Assembly: GCF_006345805.1 (NCBI RefSeq)
Contig: NC_043001.1
Span: 98,084,001-98,148,000 of the forward strand
Source: Octopus sinensis
Taxonomy: Eukaryota
Reading direction: 5' to 3'
DNA: 64,000 nucleotides
Below, piece after piece: positions 35,707 to 48,520 of the stretch (positions within the stretch are counted from its first letter, which is position 1; each line of letters starts with the position of its first letter). The position numbers and the translations under genes are program-made. Under the pieces are notes generated by a model that saw only the letters and a program-made list of their open reading frames with translations, had not been told where the DNA came from and did no database searches.

Positions 35707-36505
35707 CTACTTCCCATGAGTCTCAGTTGTTAGTGTGCGCATGTGTTATTATGTAGTGCACTGAAGAAGATAGCCGGTGGTGTTTAGCCTGCCAAAAGCA
35801 GCTGCTCCGAGGTAAGACTTTTCTCTTGAACCCAGTGAGGGTAATTGGCTGTGCTTATATGTTTTACAAAGAGGGAATCCTCACTGGATTCAAGATGCTG
35901 GTCTACTTCTGGTTCAGCAATATGTTTGATAGTAAATGAAAATTTCTTTCTCATTGTGAGAAGTACAGTTTGGTGGGCGTATCCTTCAACCAAAAATTGT
36001 TCACTTTCTAACAGTGTATGTTTTTACAATATTAGATAACTATATTTTAAGTGTTTACATGAAGTGAACATTTGTTCTCATTGTGAGAAATATAGTTTGG
36101 TGACGTGTCCTAACACCAAGAGTCGTTCGCTGTTTTGAAAAAGTGTGTATTTTATAACTACGTTGGAAAGCTGTATTTCAAGTGAAGCAGTCCAGATTCT
36201 AATTGGGGTACTATAGGGTTGGAGTACCAGCATGCCCAGAAGATTTTTTGCTGTGTTTTTTAACTGTTGTTTTCTTTTTATACTGTGACTTTTTTTATTG
36301 ATCTGTTTGCTTTTTTCTTCTTCCCTTTTGTTTTCTTTTGAATTCTCTCTTTCCTTTTTTGTGAACTATTGTTTTGGACTTTTTATTTTTTAATTTAAAA
36401 CATGGCAAAAAATATGGATTAGATTGTAGAGTTGGAGATTGTCCCAGTTAAGGAGTGCCTCAGACTGCAAGGGAAGAGGATGGTGGTGTTGAAAACGTAT
36501 TCAGT
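35707..36505 (+). mobile_element. 3'-truncated diverged homolog of the ORF1-bearing element at 22271-24464
   Basis: CGAG/GTAAG donor after nt 105, U-rich tract, AAAAC ATG GCA at 36402. Translation MAKNMD*IVELEIVPVKECLRLQGKRMVVLKTYS aligns with MAMKNNKILEWEIIPPKKWLKDPEDRTVVLRTYS. Confidence 0.8.
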
Positions 36506-36509
36506 CATT

Positions 36510-36860
36510 TGACGGTGGTGTTGAGAACGTTTCAGTCATTTGACTGCGACCATGCTAGAGCACCCCCTTTTGTCGAAGAAGTTGTCCGCAGGACTTATTC
36601 GTTGTAAGTCTGGTACTTAATCTATGAGTCTCTTTCGCCGAACTGCTAAGTTTCGGAGACATATATACACCAAATACAGACGAAATACAGCTAAGCATTT
36701 CGCCCGGCGTGCTAACGTTTCTGGCAGCTCGCTAACTTGGGCTTCTTTCTGTTTCCTTCTACCAAATGCACTCACAAGGCTTTGGTCATCCAGAGGCTAT
36801 ATTGGAAGACACTTGTCCAAGGCGCCATACAGTGGGACTGAACCTAGAAATATAGTTGCT
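36510..36860 (-). mobile_element. Degraded SINE family A body (headless) with a nested family B head at about 36680-36735
   Basis: TTTCAGTCATTTGACTGCGACCATGCTAGAGCAC..GGGACTGAACCTAGAAATATAGTTG; nested CATTTCGCCCGGCGTGCTAACG. Confidence 0.8.
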
Positions 36861-36921
36861 ACGCCTACGTCTGACCGCTAAATCCATAAGATTTTAATTC
36901 TCCATATATTTTCTCTTATTC

Positions 36922-36957
36922 CTTTCTGTTGAAGAGCGTAGGCTCGAAACATAAAAG
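36922..36957 (+). ncRNA. Hammerhead-like motif with variant core CUGUUGA (paralog of 8846-8881)
   Basis: CTTT CTGTTGA A GAGC GTAG GCTC GAAAC ATA AAAG; the G of the GUA triplet is lost, consistent with CpG decay. Confidence 0.5.
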
Positions 36958-38555
36958 ACTTTCTTACTTTCCCGAGCGTCAAACTAATACACCTGCTTGT
37001 TGTTCATACACCTGTCTTTGTCTTGTGTTTCAATGTAAATTTGAGATATATACATACATATATATAAGCTGTTAAGACATTTAGTAAAACATAGTCATAT
37101 ACATGGTAAGATGGTTAAAACTTTAGATCGCTGTTTAGGTGGGAAACTTGATATTTTAAATAAATATGGAGTAATATCTAGTCTTCAGCCTAGCAAATAT
37201 TCGATTTGAAGGTTGACGATTCCAGCTATTTGCTTTCTACGTCACCAATATTGAAACAACTGAGAAAGTGGTAATTACGCACTACGTCATCAATATTTGT
37301 TTTTGTCTTTAAATTCTTGGTGAAGGAAACGCGTGTCTGATTAAATATGTAAGTAATAATACTTGTAGTTTTGATATTTGTATTTTTATGGTCTTTTACA
37401 CAGTTTAATTAGCTTTAAACATAACAAGGTTTATAATATTAGTTTATTACAAGTACTTTTATTAGCTCCTATTGAATGAAATTAAGTGTATATTAGTCAC
37501 TGGTAATTTAATATTATAACTTGTAGTGGTGCTATCTAAATGAGTATGTAGTGTTTTATTATTAACTTTTGAATGATGAAATAATGTATTTCACTCATAA
37601 AAATATTAGTTAAATTAATTTCAATCCTGTTTTGTTTTGGAAAAAAAAATGTTAAGGCTTTAGCTTTCATTAAAGTAGTATCTATGGAAGACCGGTGGGA
37701 TTATTATTGATATGGATTGATCGCAATTTAGCATATAATTTAGATATTGCAGTTTACTATTAATACCGATACAATATACAATGGCTTGTATGTCTCTTGA
37801 TGTAGTTTTAGCAAAGTTAGTGTTTAATCCTGCCGATATATTGATTCATTGAAATAATGTGGTTATTAAGCTTTTTACTTTTATATTAATCTACGGAAGA
37901 CGGTAGGGATCATAATTTTGTATGACTTAATAGAGTTGTTGCTATTTATTTCCGTATTTAGGAAAGTTTGTAATTTATTTATCGATACGGTTGTACATAG
38001 GGTGTGTTTTGAAATGTGTTTGAAAATTGTGGCTTGTTTGGTTTGCTTGTTCCCAAACACCACTTATTTTAGTGTTGTTGACATCGCCGGATATAATGAT
38101 ACTGCCCAGGTATCGAAACCAATATGATATCCGTGGGCCAGCTGATGATGGCGGTATGTTGGATTATTAGTATGGCTGTTTTTGTATATGTGGATTAGTA
38201 TTATTGGAGTGTTGGTATGGCTGTGGAATAGTATTATAACACATCCTTTTGATATGTGTGTGTGTTTAAAATTTAAAATTAAGGTTGACAAAGGACACAA
38301 TAAAATGCAGAAACCAAACTTTGTTTCGGGTAAGTCCCAGGAATTATGTCTGCAGCGCACGTTCACTACTTATGGTTACCAGACGTCATCGGCGTTACTA
38401 CGCTTTCCACACAGGATCTACGTTAGGAATTCTTAGGTACACGTTGGTTAAATATTAAATGATTGATACGGAAGACGGAGTGTAACTAGAAGCTTTATTT
38501 AGTGCAACAATCGTTTCTGCTGTCTTCTGCACTCCTCCCTAGAGGGTGTGGAATA

Positions 38556-39101
38556 ATGTAATGACATCAGATGTTCGCACAGTGCAGGGAGTCACATCAG
38601 ATGATGTAACATGCTTCAAAATGTTATAAGATTTAAATTTATCTTTTTCTCCAAATTAGATGCTGGTGGTGTGTTCCTAATAGTTCGCACACATTGGTGA
38701 AGTGAAGACACTTGTGGTCAGTAAGTGCTTGATAAAAAAATTCAAAATTACAAAGAATCTAATGTAAAGGGAGCGGGTTTTTTTTTACTTTCGATTGAAT
38801 GGCCCTAAAGAGTGTGGAGACATTTGATGACTAGGTTTGTCAGTCAGGCGTGGCGGCGTGGTCAAGAATTTGGTGGGAGTGTGATTCCCGTCTTTGACAG
38901 GCATAGACAGCCATGAAAGGTCTCCACACCTTTGGGGCCTTTTAATGCAATGCCATAAACGCTTCACCTATTTACACTAGATTCTTTGTATTTTAATTCT
39001 TATCAACCACAAAGCGAAATGTAAATCTTAAAATTTTTAAAGTATGCTTCGTCACCTGATGAGGCTCCTTTCACTGTACGATGCATCTGATGTCATTACA
39101 T
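38556..39101. repeat. 546-bp imperfect fold-back element
   Basis: Perfect 18-bp termini ATGTAATGACATCAGATG / CATCTGATGTCATTACAT. Further internal inverted matches (ACAAAGAATCTA.TGTAAA; GGCCC..AAAG.GTGTGGAGAC) converge near 38870. Confidence 0.75.
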
Positions 39102-39238
39102 CGTGTGTGTGTATGCATGCGTGTATGTATTATGTTTATACACTTATAGAATCTATATCTATAACGTACTAAATGTATCGGCATCGTTACAAGCCCAAAA
39201 GTTAGTTTTTGCACGGAAATACTCATTTTATACATGTA

Positions 39239-40180
39239 CGAGTGTTAATAGGCTGATCATGAAACTCTCATAGACTGTGACCAAATGAGGCTTACTTTTC
39301 AACATAGTGCCCCTTGCGCTCTACACACACCTTCCATCTTGAATCTCATTGCTTGAATCTCATTAGGGAAGAAACTTTCATCCCATTGGTGAAAAAATGT
39401 CATCAACAGAAGATAGCTAGTCATCATCATTGCAATACTGGCTCCTAGCCAAGCGTTGTTTCATGTAAAGGACAATAGGGAGGCTGATTAACTAGTTTGA
39501 AGTCAGTCATATACGGCAGCCATTGAAACCAAGGACGTGTGTGCTGGAGCATTTTTCTGCTGAAACAAGACCCCTTTCCCCAGCTTTCCTGCGTGTTTGG
39601 TCTTGACAGAGTTTCGTAACTGCTTCAGCACATTGGCATGTTACTCTCTATTGCTGGTAAGGCCTTTTGCATCCTGAAAAAGTGAGGGCATCATCTTCCC
39701 TACAGATGAAACAACTTTGGCCTTCTTCGAAGTAAGTGAGGAGGGGCCTTTCCATTGAATGAGAAAGGGCGTTTCCACTGCGGAGAAACGTTCAAGATAC
39801 CCAGCTGGATCTGACTCGCGCAATGTCATATTTTCCCGTAAAGTGATCAGCTTCGTGCACTTTTCATCAGTCGTCAGAAAATTTGGCAGCCATCGAGTAG
39901 AAACGTTCGTCATGTCAGTCTCATTGTGCAGAATATTTTCAATTTTCTCACAGAATATGCTAACATTGGCTTTTTGATTTATAGTCAATTGCCTGTCATC
40001 CATCAGCTTGTAGTGAATACGATCAATGTTTTCCTCGGTGGTAGAAATTGCAGGATGTCCAATACTAGGGCCATGTTCAAGACGTTCACTTCCCCTCCTA
40101 AATTCAGCAGTCTACTTTCAATATCTCCTAATGTAGCAACCGTAACAGCATGGATATCGTTGGTTGCTAAAGCTATTTTC
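39239..40180 (-). mobile_element. Old degraded mariner transposon
   Basis: ORF 39641-40003 gives DDRQLTINQ..NVSTRWLPNFLT..ESDPAGYLERF..QWKG..KKAKVVSSVGKMMPSLFQDAKG, matching mariner SARWVP and W..S..K.M...FWD motifs. TA-CGAG TIR-like end at 39237; SINE B head abuts at about 40190-40240. Confidence 0.8.
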
Positions 40181-40569
40181 TCTAGATACATACCGCTTAG
40201 CATTTCGCCCGACGTGCTAACGACTCTGCCAGCTCATCGCCTTATTGTAATGCTACTAATATTAGTTGCTACTTCTGCTAATACTACTAATTTGAATTGT
40301 TTAATATTTGTGAAGAAGAATGTTTGTTGGTATCATCGACTAGTTTTCATCCTATCTTAGATTCTGTAGTATTTCATATCGAACGGTATGTAGGCCAAGT
40401 TAAATACAAGAAATTACTTAGTTTGGGCTTCGTATCTACAGATTTGTAATCAAATATCTGTCCATCAAGTTGTGTAAATATACTAATATTAGTGACATGA
40501 TTTTAGAAAAATATACATAACTTGGGGTTAAGAAACTCTCGAAAACTTTTCTACTTCCGTTAGAGTTAC

Positions 40570-40970
40570 AAGCATGGCTGTCTGGTTAAATAAGATCACT
40601 TAGCAAACAAAAGGTTTCGGGTTCCGTCCCGCTGTACGTCAGGTAGGTTAGACGTCTTCTACTGCAGTGTTCGGCCGCACATTGACTTGTAAGTGAATTT
40701 GGTTATCGGAAATCCTTTGTAAGCCTGTAATATATGTATGTATGCGTGTGAACGAGTATATGTGTGTGCGTGCGTGTGAGTGTAGTGATAGTGTATTTAT
40801 ACATCCGTAACTTACCGGTTCGTCGACCAGACACCAATAGAATAAGTACCAGAGTGAAAATACAAGCCGTAGAGTTTATGTGTTTAACTAAATATTTCGA
40901 GGTGTAACCCCAGCACGGCCGCATTCTTTTTAGTAAAACAATGACAAAAATAAGTAAAATAAATGATTTT
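40570..40970 (+). mobile_element. Old diverged SINE family A-like copy
   Basis: Degenerate A/B boxes and the CGTAACTTA.CGGTTCG..ATAGAATAAGTACC..CCAGCACGGCCGCA body motif. Confidence 0.55.
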
Positions 40971-41069
40971 CTAATTATTTTTATTTCAATTCCGGATAAG
41001 AAGCTAATCATTTGTTCTGTATAATTGTGAAGTGTAGTGCTAAATAATGGTATCCCATTTTAAGCTTCA

Positions 41070-41301
41070 AGGCGGCGAGCTGGCAGAATCGTTAGCACGC
41101 CGGGCGAAATGCGTAGCCGTATTTCGTCTGCCGCTACGTTCTGAGTTCAAATTCCGCTGAGGTCGACTTTGCCTTTCATCCTTTCGGGGTCGATTAAATA
41201 AGTACCACTTACGCAGTGGGGGCAATATAATCGACTTAATCCGTTTGTCTGTCCTTGCTTGTCCTCTCTGTGTTTAGCCCCTTGTGGGTAGTAAAGAAAT
41301 A
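41070..41301 (+). mobile_element. Full-length SINE family B monomer with about 20-bp TSD
   Basis: GGCGGCGAGCTGGCAGAATCGTTAGC..GTAAAGAAATA. TSD GGTATCCCATTTTAAGCTTCA (41049-69) / GGTATCCATTTTAAGCTTCA (41302-21). Confidence 0.92.
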
Positions 41302-43515
41302 GGTATCCATTTTAAGCTTCATAGTTTTTGAGTAATATGCGATTTGATTGTCTTAGTTATGCTACCGTCAAGCTCCGAGATTTTGTCGATCCATATCTTC
41401 TGCAGAGATTTTGGTTTTTTGAGAAAGAATCTATACGTCTGGGTACTAATTTTCGTGTAGATTTGGGTACTATTGCTAACTACTTTTGATATTTTCTGTT
41501 CGAATTATCAACAGCATTACATTTATCTGATGAAGTCGTCTGTAACAAACCACCTGAGATGAGATAGCTATTCACTTTAGATGAGGAGGCGAGAATACTG
41601 TGACAGCATCACGTTAATATATTGTGCTGAGTTTTCATTGTCTCATGTATTAGCAGTGATAGAAAAGAAATGTTAAGTTTTTTTATTATATTTTCAGTCT
41701 GCTAAAACTATCTCAGTGTGAAACTGAATATATGTACATTTATCAGTCGCAGCGTATGGTAGATGGTAGTGACTAATGAAGATAAGAAAATGATGCTGAA
41801 CAAAAACAAAAAATGTTCAACTATATATACTACATTGATAAAATATCAAATGCATTTAGACGGGGAATAAATATTTATTACAGCGTAGAATAGTTGAGAA
41901 ATGCCAAATCGTATGTAATGAAGTTACTTCGATTAAAGTTTTAGTCGTGCTTCAGATAGCAAAATATAATAGTCTTTTAGATCGAATCTATGAATGTAGG
42001 AGGCAAAGTTGAGATCGTTGAAATTATCAGCAGTAGAATAATGGAAATAATGACGCTACGTTATGAGCAAGGGTTATATGTAAGTACCAATTTATTATGC
42101 AGATTGCTCCTGAATTTGTAGGTCAAGAATTCAAATAGTTTCGTGGTGATTCTTTTCACATTCATTAGATATTGCCTTTTCACGGTGTGTTTCTAAAGTA
42201 AATCATCTTACTGTATCCTATAATTGCCCAGTCTGCACTCTAAGTAGGGTTTTGCATAAGATCTACAAACTAATGAACGGCTCTTGAAATATGCAACGCT
42301 TACCAATATTTCAGGACACGTAATTGCACATAAGTTCATTATACTGTCTTATAATATGCATTATTTGGTATTACATGCATAATTCATATACACAATAACG
42401 CAAATAGGAATCCAAATTTATCGATAACAACAGCAATACTAATTATATTTTCTCATTGCTGTTTGGGTACCATATACATATAACTTTACTAAAGAGAAAT
42501 CTAAATTGTGAACCGCAAATACAAAATATATTGAGTGACAATATAAATTACGCTAGTTTATATACATGCTACAGTCACAAACACCAAGCATAATACCCCT
42601 GCCGACACAATTACGTGTACGGATGTATATATGTGTGTATATGTGCATATGTGGAGGCTCAATGGCCCAGTGGTTAGGGCAGCGGACTCACGGTCGGAGG
42701 ATCGCGGTTTCGATTCCTTGTGCCTAGAGTAAAAAGAATACGCCTCACATGTTATTCACCAGAGGTAGGAATTCTTTCAATTCGCATCCTGATTCAGATG
42801 TGGCTTGAAGCTTATGAGCATTTTCTTTCTATCTGGCATCGAATAGCTCTGTCTTTATCCTAGCCATCTGCATCATATTACTTATATTTTTTTGAAGGTG
42901 GACCCTTCGCAATCAATATTACGGAGGTGCCAAACCAGTCCACTAAAATCGTACAATGTTTCATGCGATTACACAATTCGTAGATCGAACCATTGATATA
43001 AAGAAATATAGAGACGGCCGTATAAAAACAGTAATAGAGTGAAGATCTACCCTAACGCAGGCTGTAATTGTTTTCCCTAGAGAAGAAATCCATAGAAAGT
43101 GGAGATAAGATACAACAATTTGGCACTAGCGAATATTTCCATCTGGGTTAAAATGATTTATTCTTATAGGTTGAACTCTGGTCAACTCTCATCGAAAAAG
43201 CTATAAGAAGAATATCTGCGACTAGTTTAATTTTCTGAATATTTTATCAGATTTACGGGCAATGGAAGTTTCTGTTCTAATGAAGTCTATTCAAAAGCCT
43301 GCAATAACCTGGACTACGTTTATTCATTTGTTTTCCTTTATTTCGAATGCATAAGACAGATATGTAAAAAGTTGTTAGGGTATACACAACGCAGAGTCAA
43401 ATATGATTACATTCGCATGCACGTGCAAAAGTCGTACGCACGCGTGTGCACATACATTCACTACGCACGCGTGTGCACATACATTCACTCTCACATACGT
43501 AAATGTACACATACG

Positions 43516-43553
<38 letters not shown>

Positions 43554-43569
43554 ATATTATATATATATA

Positions 43570-43620
<51 letters not shown>

Positions 43621-43724
43621 CTTGCTCGCTTAGCCAGCGGAGTGGCGTCATTTGAAGGCTAAAACAATGCGAGTGCATTGTGACCAGCGATGTGTAGCAA
43701 CATCTGATAGCCTGGTTGGTCACG

Positions 43725-43770
<46 letters not shown>

Positions 43771-43889
43771 GTGTGTGTGTGTGTGTATACATACATATAT
43801 ACAAGCACACATACATATATAGATAGACAGATAGACAGACGGACAGATAGATAGGCAGGTAGGTAGTTAGGTACATAGATGGATGGATG

Positions 43890-43974
<85 letters not shown>

Positions 43975-45425
43975 AAGGAGCACGGGGAAATACGACACAA
44001 CTAAGACACCCAACCAAAATTGGGCTCAGTTATAAATATGAGTTTTACAAGGAAAAAATATTGAGAGCGACTCCGATGATTCAGTTGACTCACAGCTACC
44101 TGAGTGCGATGGCAAGCAAGCCTAAATTTCGAAGTCACTATCAGTCTTTTCCTTGTAAGAGATCATAATATGCATTCTGTTAAATAAATATTGGTTAATC
44201 ATTCATTTTAATATTAAATTGTTTTACGTATAATTTGACAAAAAGCAAACATTAACACGTACATATACGAGTACACACAGACAGACAGACAGGTAGGTAG
44301 GTAGGCAGGCAGGCAGACAAATAGATAGATTGATAAATAAATTCTTTTCTCTCTATTTCTGTATATTTCGTATAGAAACTGTTTTTGAACGTTCAGAACT
44401 TAATTCAGAACGTCTAATTTTAGCCGCGAGTTATTGGAGGAACGGAATATTAAATATTTCATAACGAAACAAAATTATTTTAAAATATTCTCACCACAAA
44501 CGCATAAATAAATACATTCTTTAAGTTTTTACTGACATCGTAAAGTTATAGACTATATTGCTTAATAAACTTTCTTCGTTGAGGTCAGCAAAAATATTTT
44601 CGTTGCGGCTGTTGATTTTGTTAGTGTTGTTTATGACGTGTTAATACGGTTTTTAGGCGATTTGAACAGCATAACTGAATCTTTCCCAATCTTTAAGAAT
44701 ATTTCACCTTAGGGTCTCTGATGACCTTTCATGACAAGTATACATTTATCAGCCAACGAATGTCTACGCAGCAGTCACCGCTTCCCTTCAAGGAACAGTA
44801 GCTTAATTTCTCTCAACAAACATTTACTGTCATAGGAAATAAAACAGTACACTGAAAAACGTGTTACTTTTTAATATGACTTGGCATGTAGCAGGGTAAC
44901 AACGCGGTTCCAAGGCTACTGTTCAGAGAAGATATTTTAGACTATGTAATTTTCTATTACTCTACAAAGCAGAAACATAATAATTTTATATCTTATCTGA
45001 CAAAAATCTTTTAGCTAATTGTCACCTGTCTTAGCTCCAAGACCTCTTTCCTACTTAGTTCTACACCATTCCTACTTCATGCCTCTGCTTTTAATTATTC
45101 TCTCTAATTTTTTAAATCATAGTATTAAAGACATCATCGAAAACTTTCTCATTATTGGAAATTTTATTTGAAACCTAATGCCTTCTCACGTATACCTGCA
45201 GGCATTATTTTACTGGAGCTCACGTTGAATATTTCCTACATGGAGTTAGACAGCGTGGGAAATCTCTGGAACTGCTACTAGGCATATCTCCATTCATTAG
45301 ATTAGATAATAACATAACTTTGATATAATATGCTGGGGTTTTCGCAGATACCAATAAAGCTTTCTGCTTTATGTATGACCGAGAATAAGGGAATATATTG
45401 AGTATACCCTTCTCAATGGTATTTA

Positions 45426-46035
45426 TTTCTTTATTGCACACAGGGGGATAAAGATAGAGGGGACATACAAGGACAGACAAGGGGGTTAAGTCGATTACAT
45501 CGAGCCCAGTGCATAACTAGTACTTATCTAATCCTCCTCGAAAGGATGAAAGGCAAAGGATACCGTGGCAGATTTTGAACTCAGAACGTAACGGTAGACG
45601 TAACGGAACGTAACAACGCGAAGCAATTCGCCCGGCGTGCTAACGATTCTTTTCTACTCTAGGCACAAAGCCCGCAGTTTTGGGGGAATAGGTCAGTCGA
45701 TTAGATTGACCCCAGTACGCAAATGGTACTTAATTTATCGACCCCGAAATGATGAAAGGCAAAGTCGACCTTGGCGGAATTTGAACTCAGAACGTAAAGA
45801 CAGACGAAAAACCTATTTCTTTACTACCCACTAGGGACTAAACACATAGAAAACAAACAGGGACAGACAAACAGATTAAGTTGATTATATCGACCCCAGT
45901 GCGCAACTGGTACTTAATTTATCGACCCCGAAAGGCAAAGTCGACCTCGGCAGAATTTGAACTCAGAAAGTAACGGCAGACGAAATACGGCTACGCATTT
46001 CGCCCGGTGTGCTAACGTTTCTGCCAGCTCGTCGA
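45426..46035 (-). mobile_element. SINE family B trimer flanked by one TSD pair
   Basis: Three bodies in tandem. Flanks CCCTTCTCAATGGTATTTA (45407-25) / CCTTTCTCATTGGTATTTA (46036-54). Confidence 0.8.
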
Positions 46036-46773
46036 CCTTTCTCATTGGTATTTAACTAAAATAAAAGGAATGGACGAATTCTAGATGTAATTGCTTTTGA
46101 AGTTGAAACCTAATATGGCGGTAATGTATGCGATGTTTAGGGTTTAAAGGGAATATATATATATATTGTAAAGTGCCTACACTATAAATAATAGGTACTT
46201 ATATTTAATTAACACTAACCAAACGCTATGCCCATATATTATTTACAATCGGATTGATATCGTATTATTCAGAAATGGAATAAAAAGCATTGGATGCGTG
46301 AACCAATGCACACGAGGAGAAGAAAGTATGAAAGAGTTAACTGAATGAAATAAGGAAAAACAATCTAAAAAGATTTTGCCTCAAAAGGTGAAACCGTAAC
46401 AAGATTCGTACACCATTTTAACTTGCTATTTTGGAGTGTGATGAAAGCTGACAATAATTTTTCATAATAATAAAAGAAGTTTAAAACTAAAAAGCAGCCA
46501 TTAAAGATATTTTTTAATTATGTTAGTTAATTGTTTTAGATGATTAGTTCTGATTAATATCAGCCGACTAAATTAGTAACTGTCTTTTATGATTTATTAT
46601 TAAGACACTTCGTATTTTCCAATTATAACATTCACACAAATATTCATGGCTTTGGATAAATTAATCAACAATTGTTTTAGTATTTTTAAAAACTTTTTTC
46701 TCTTGCAAACTATATGAGAGCAATCACATAAATGAGTCAGTGCATATACATACATAATACGTAATACATATAC

Positions 46774-46855
<82 letters not shown>

Positions 46856-47148
46856 TGCATACATACACACACACATATATATATATCGAGAGAAAGAGAG
46901 AATGATCCAGATAAAAAGGCAAAATCTTGTGTTTTAATGTACAAAATATATATACATGTTTACATGTAAAAAGAGAAGGCAAACTAAAAATGTGTGTGTG
47001 CGTGCGTGTCACTAGTGTCTGTGTGTGTATATGTATACAGTATATATATACATTATATATATATATATACATTATATATATATATATACATTATATATAT
47101 ATATATATTATATATATATATATATATTATATATATATATATATACAT

Positions 47149-47194
<46 letters not shown>

Positions 47195-47229
47195 GTACAT
47201 ATTTTATAAAGCGAACTTACTTTGATTAC

Positions 47230-47720
47230 ATAGACTCGAAGAATTAGTGAGGAGAAGGCATTGCAATTCCTACAGCTGTTTCTGGGAGCTCCGAGTTTCT
47301 TCATAATGTTAGCAGTTGTAGATAATCAGAAATTTACGTTCGACAATAGAAGCAAGCAAACATGTTTGGACCCCACACCATGCTTCATCAGGGTGGACAG
47401 ATAACAGTCTAACATCTGAAACCAATATGAAGGGAAGTTTAGAGGCAGAGTAGGTAGAGTAGGAAGCAAGGAAGTGGTAATGGAAGGTGGAAGTAAGTTG
47501 TTGGATGGAAGTATGTAGTGTTGAAGCAAGGGAATGGAGAAGCGATCAGAGTCATACCAAGACGATGGAGGGGTGGAATGCTTAGGCTACTGAGAGAATT
47601 GAGAGATAAATAGGAGGTGTTGTATGGGGTATGTGAAGGATGGTGAATTCTACTGGGTTTATGTGTAGATATTGAAATGATAGACAGCAATGACTATAAT
47701 CAAGGGGAGTGAAGGAGCGA
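47230..47720 (-). mobile_element. Degraded Penelope-like 3' end/pLTR
   Basis: Decayed hammerhead-like CTGATGA A GCA..CAAAC ATGT (47355-47391, minus) and GAAACAGCTGTA (about 47270-47282, minus); pyrimidine-rich minus strand. Confidence 0.4.
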
Positions 47721-47759
47721 ATGTTAAATGAAAGAAAGGGTCAATCATATTCAAGCAAG

Positions 47760-47812
<53 letters not shown>

Positions 47813-47826
47813 ATATTTAAAGGGCT

Positions 47827-48148
47827 AAAAAACCACTATGTGACCAGACATATGCTAGAAGTAGATCACATACGATCAAATTACAAAGAAAAGAATGTTC
47901 TCTAGAGAAAAATTCAGCGGTAACCTGAACAATATGCGGGCAAGACAGATGAAAATTATATAAAAAACAAGAATTAAACGCAGACCGGCGGTTTCGCTTA
48001 TTAACGAATGAATCACTTACGTCAGTGCGATCGTTCCACAAGTAATATAATTTGTAAAACTAATCACCAATTTTCCGTCTTTTCTTTGTAGTTTGATCGT
48101 AGGTGATCTACTTCTAGCATATGGCTGACCACATAGTGGTTTTTTCGC
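47827..48148. mobile_element. MITE-like element with about 67-bp inverted arms
   Basis: AAAAAACCACTATGTG..CATATGCTAGAAGTAGATCAC.TACGATCAAA.TACAAAGAAAAGA (47827-93) versus its reverse complement at 48078-48148. Confidence 0.75.
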
Positions 48149-48339
48149 TGTTAGAATTTTCTCTGATTTTTCAGATTTTTGTATGTTAGGCTACTGATTT
48201 TAAATTGATATTAATTTAATTAATACTCAATTTATCTCTCTTTTTACTTAAATATGGAAGAATAGCCCAATAGAGGACAGTAAAACTTTCGGACAGATGG
48301 ACGATACAAAGGCGGACAAGAGAAACAACAATTAGAAGG

Positions 48340-48520
48340 ACAGGAAAAAAAACGACGTTTGTCTCTCCTTGTTTGTCCTCTCTGTGTTTAGCCCCTTGTG
48401 GATAGTAAAGAAATCGGTATTTCGTCTGCTGTTACGTTGTGAGTTCAAATTCGGCCGAGATCGACTTTGACTTTCATCCTTTCGGGATCGATAAATTAAG
48501 TAGCAGTTACGAACTGAAGC
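48340..48520 (+). mobile_element. SINE family B tail-body junction fragment
   Basis: ..GTAAAGAAATCGGTATTTCGTCTGCTGTTACG.., the same tail-to-body junction as in the multimers. Confidence 0.75.
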
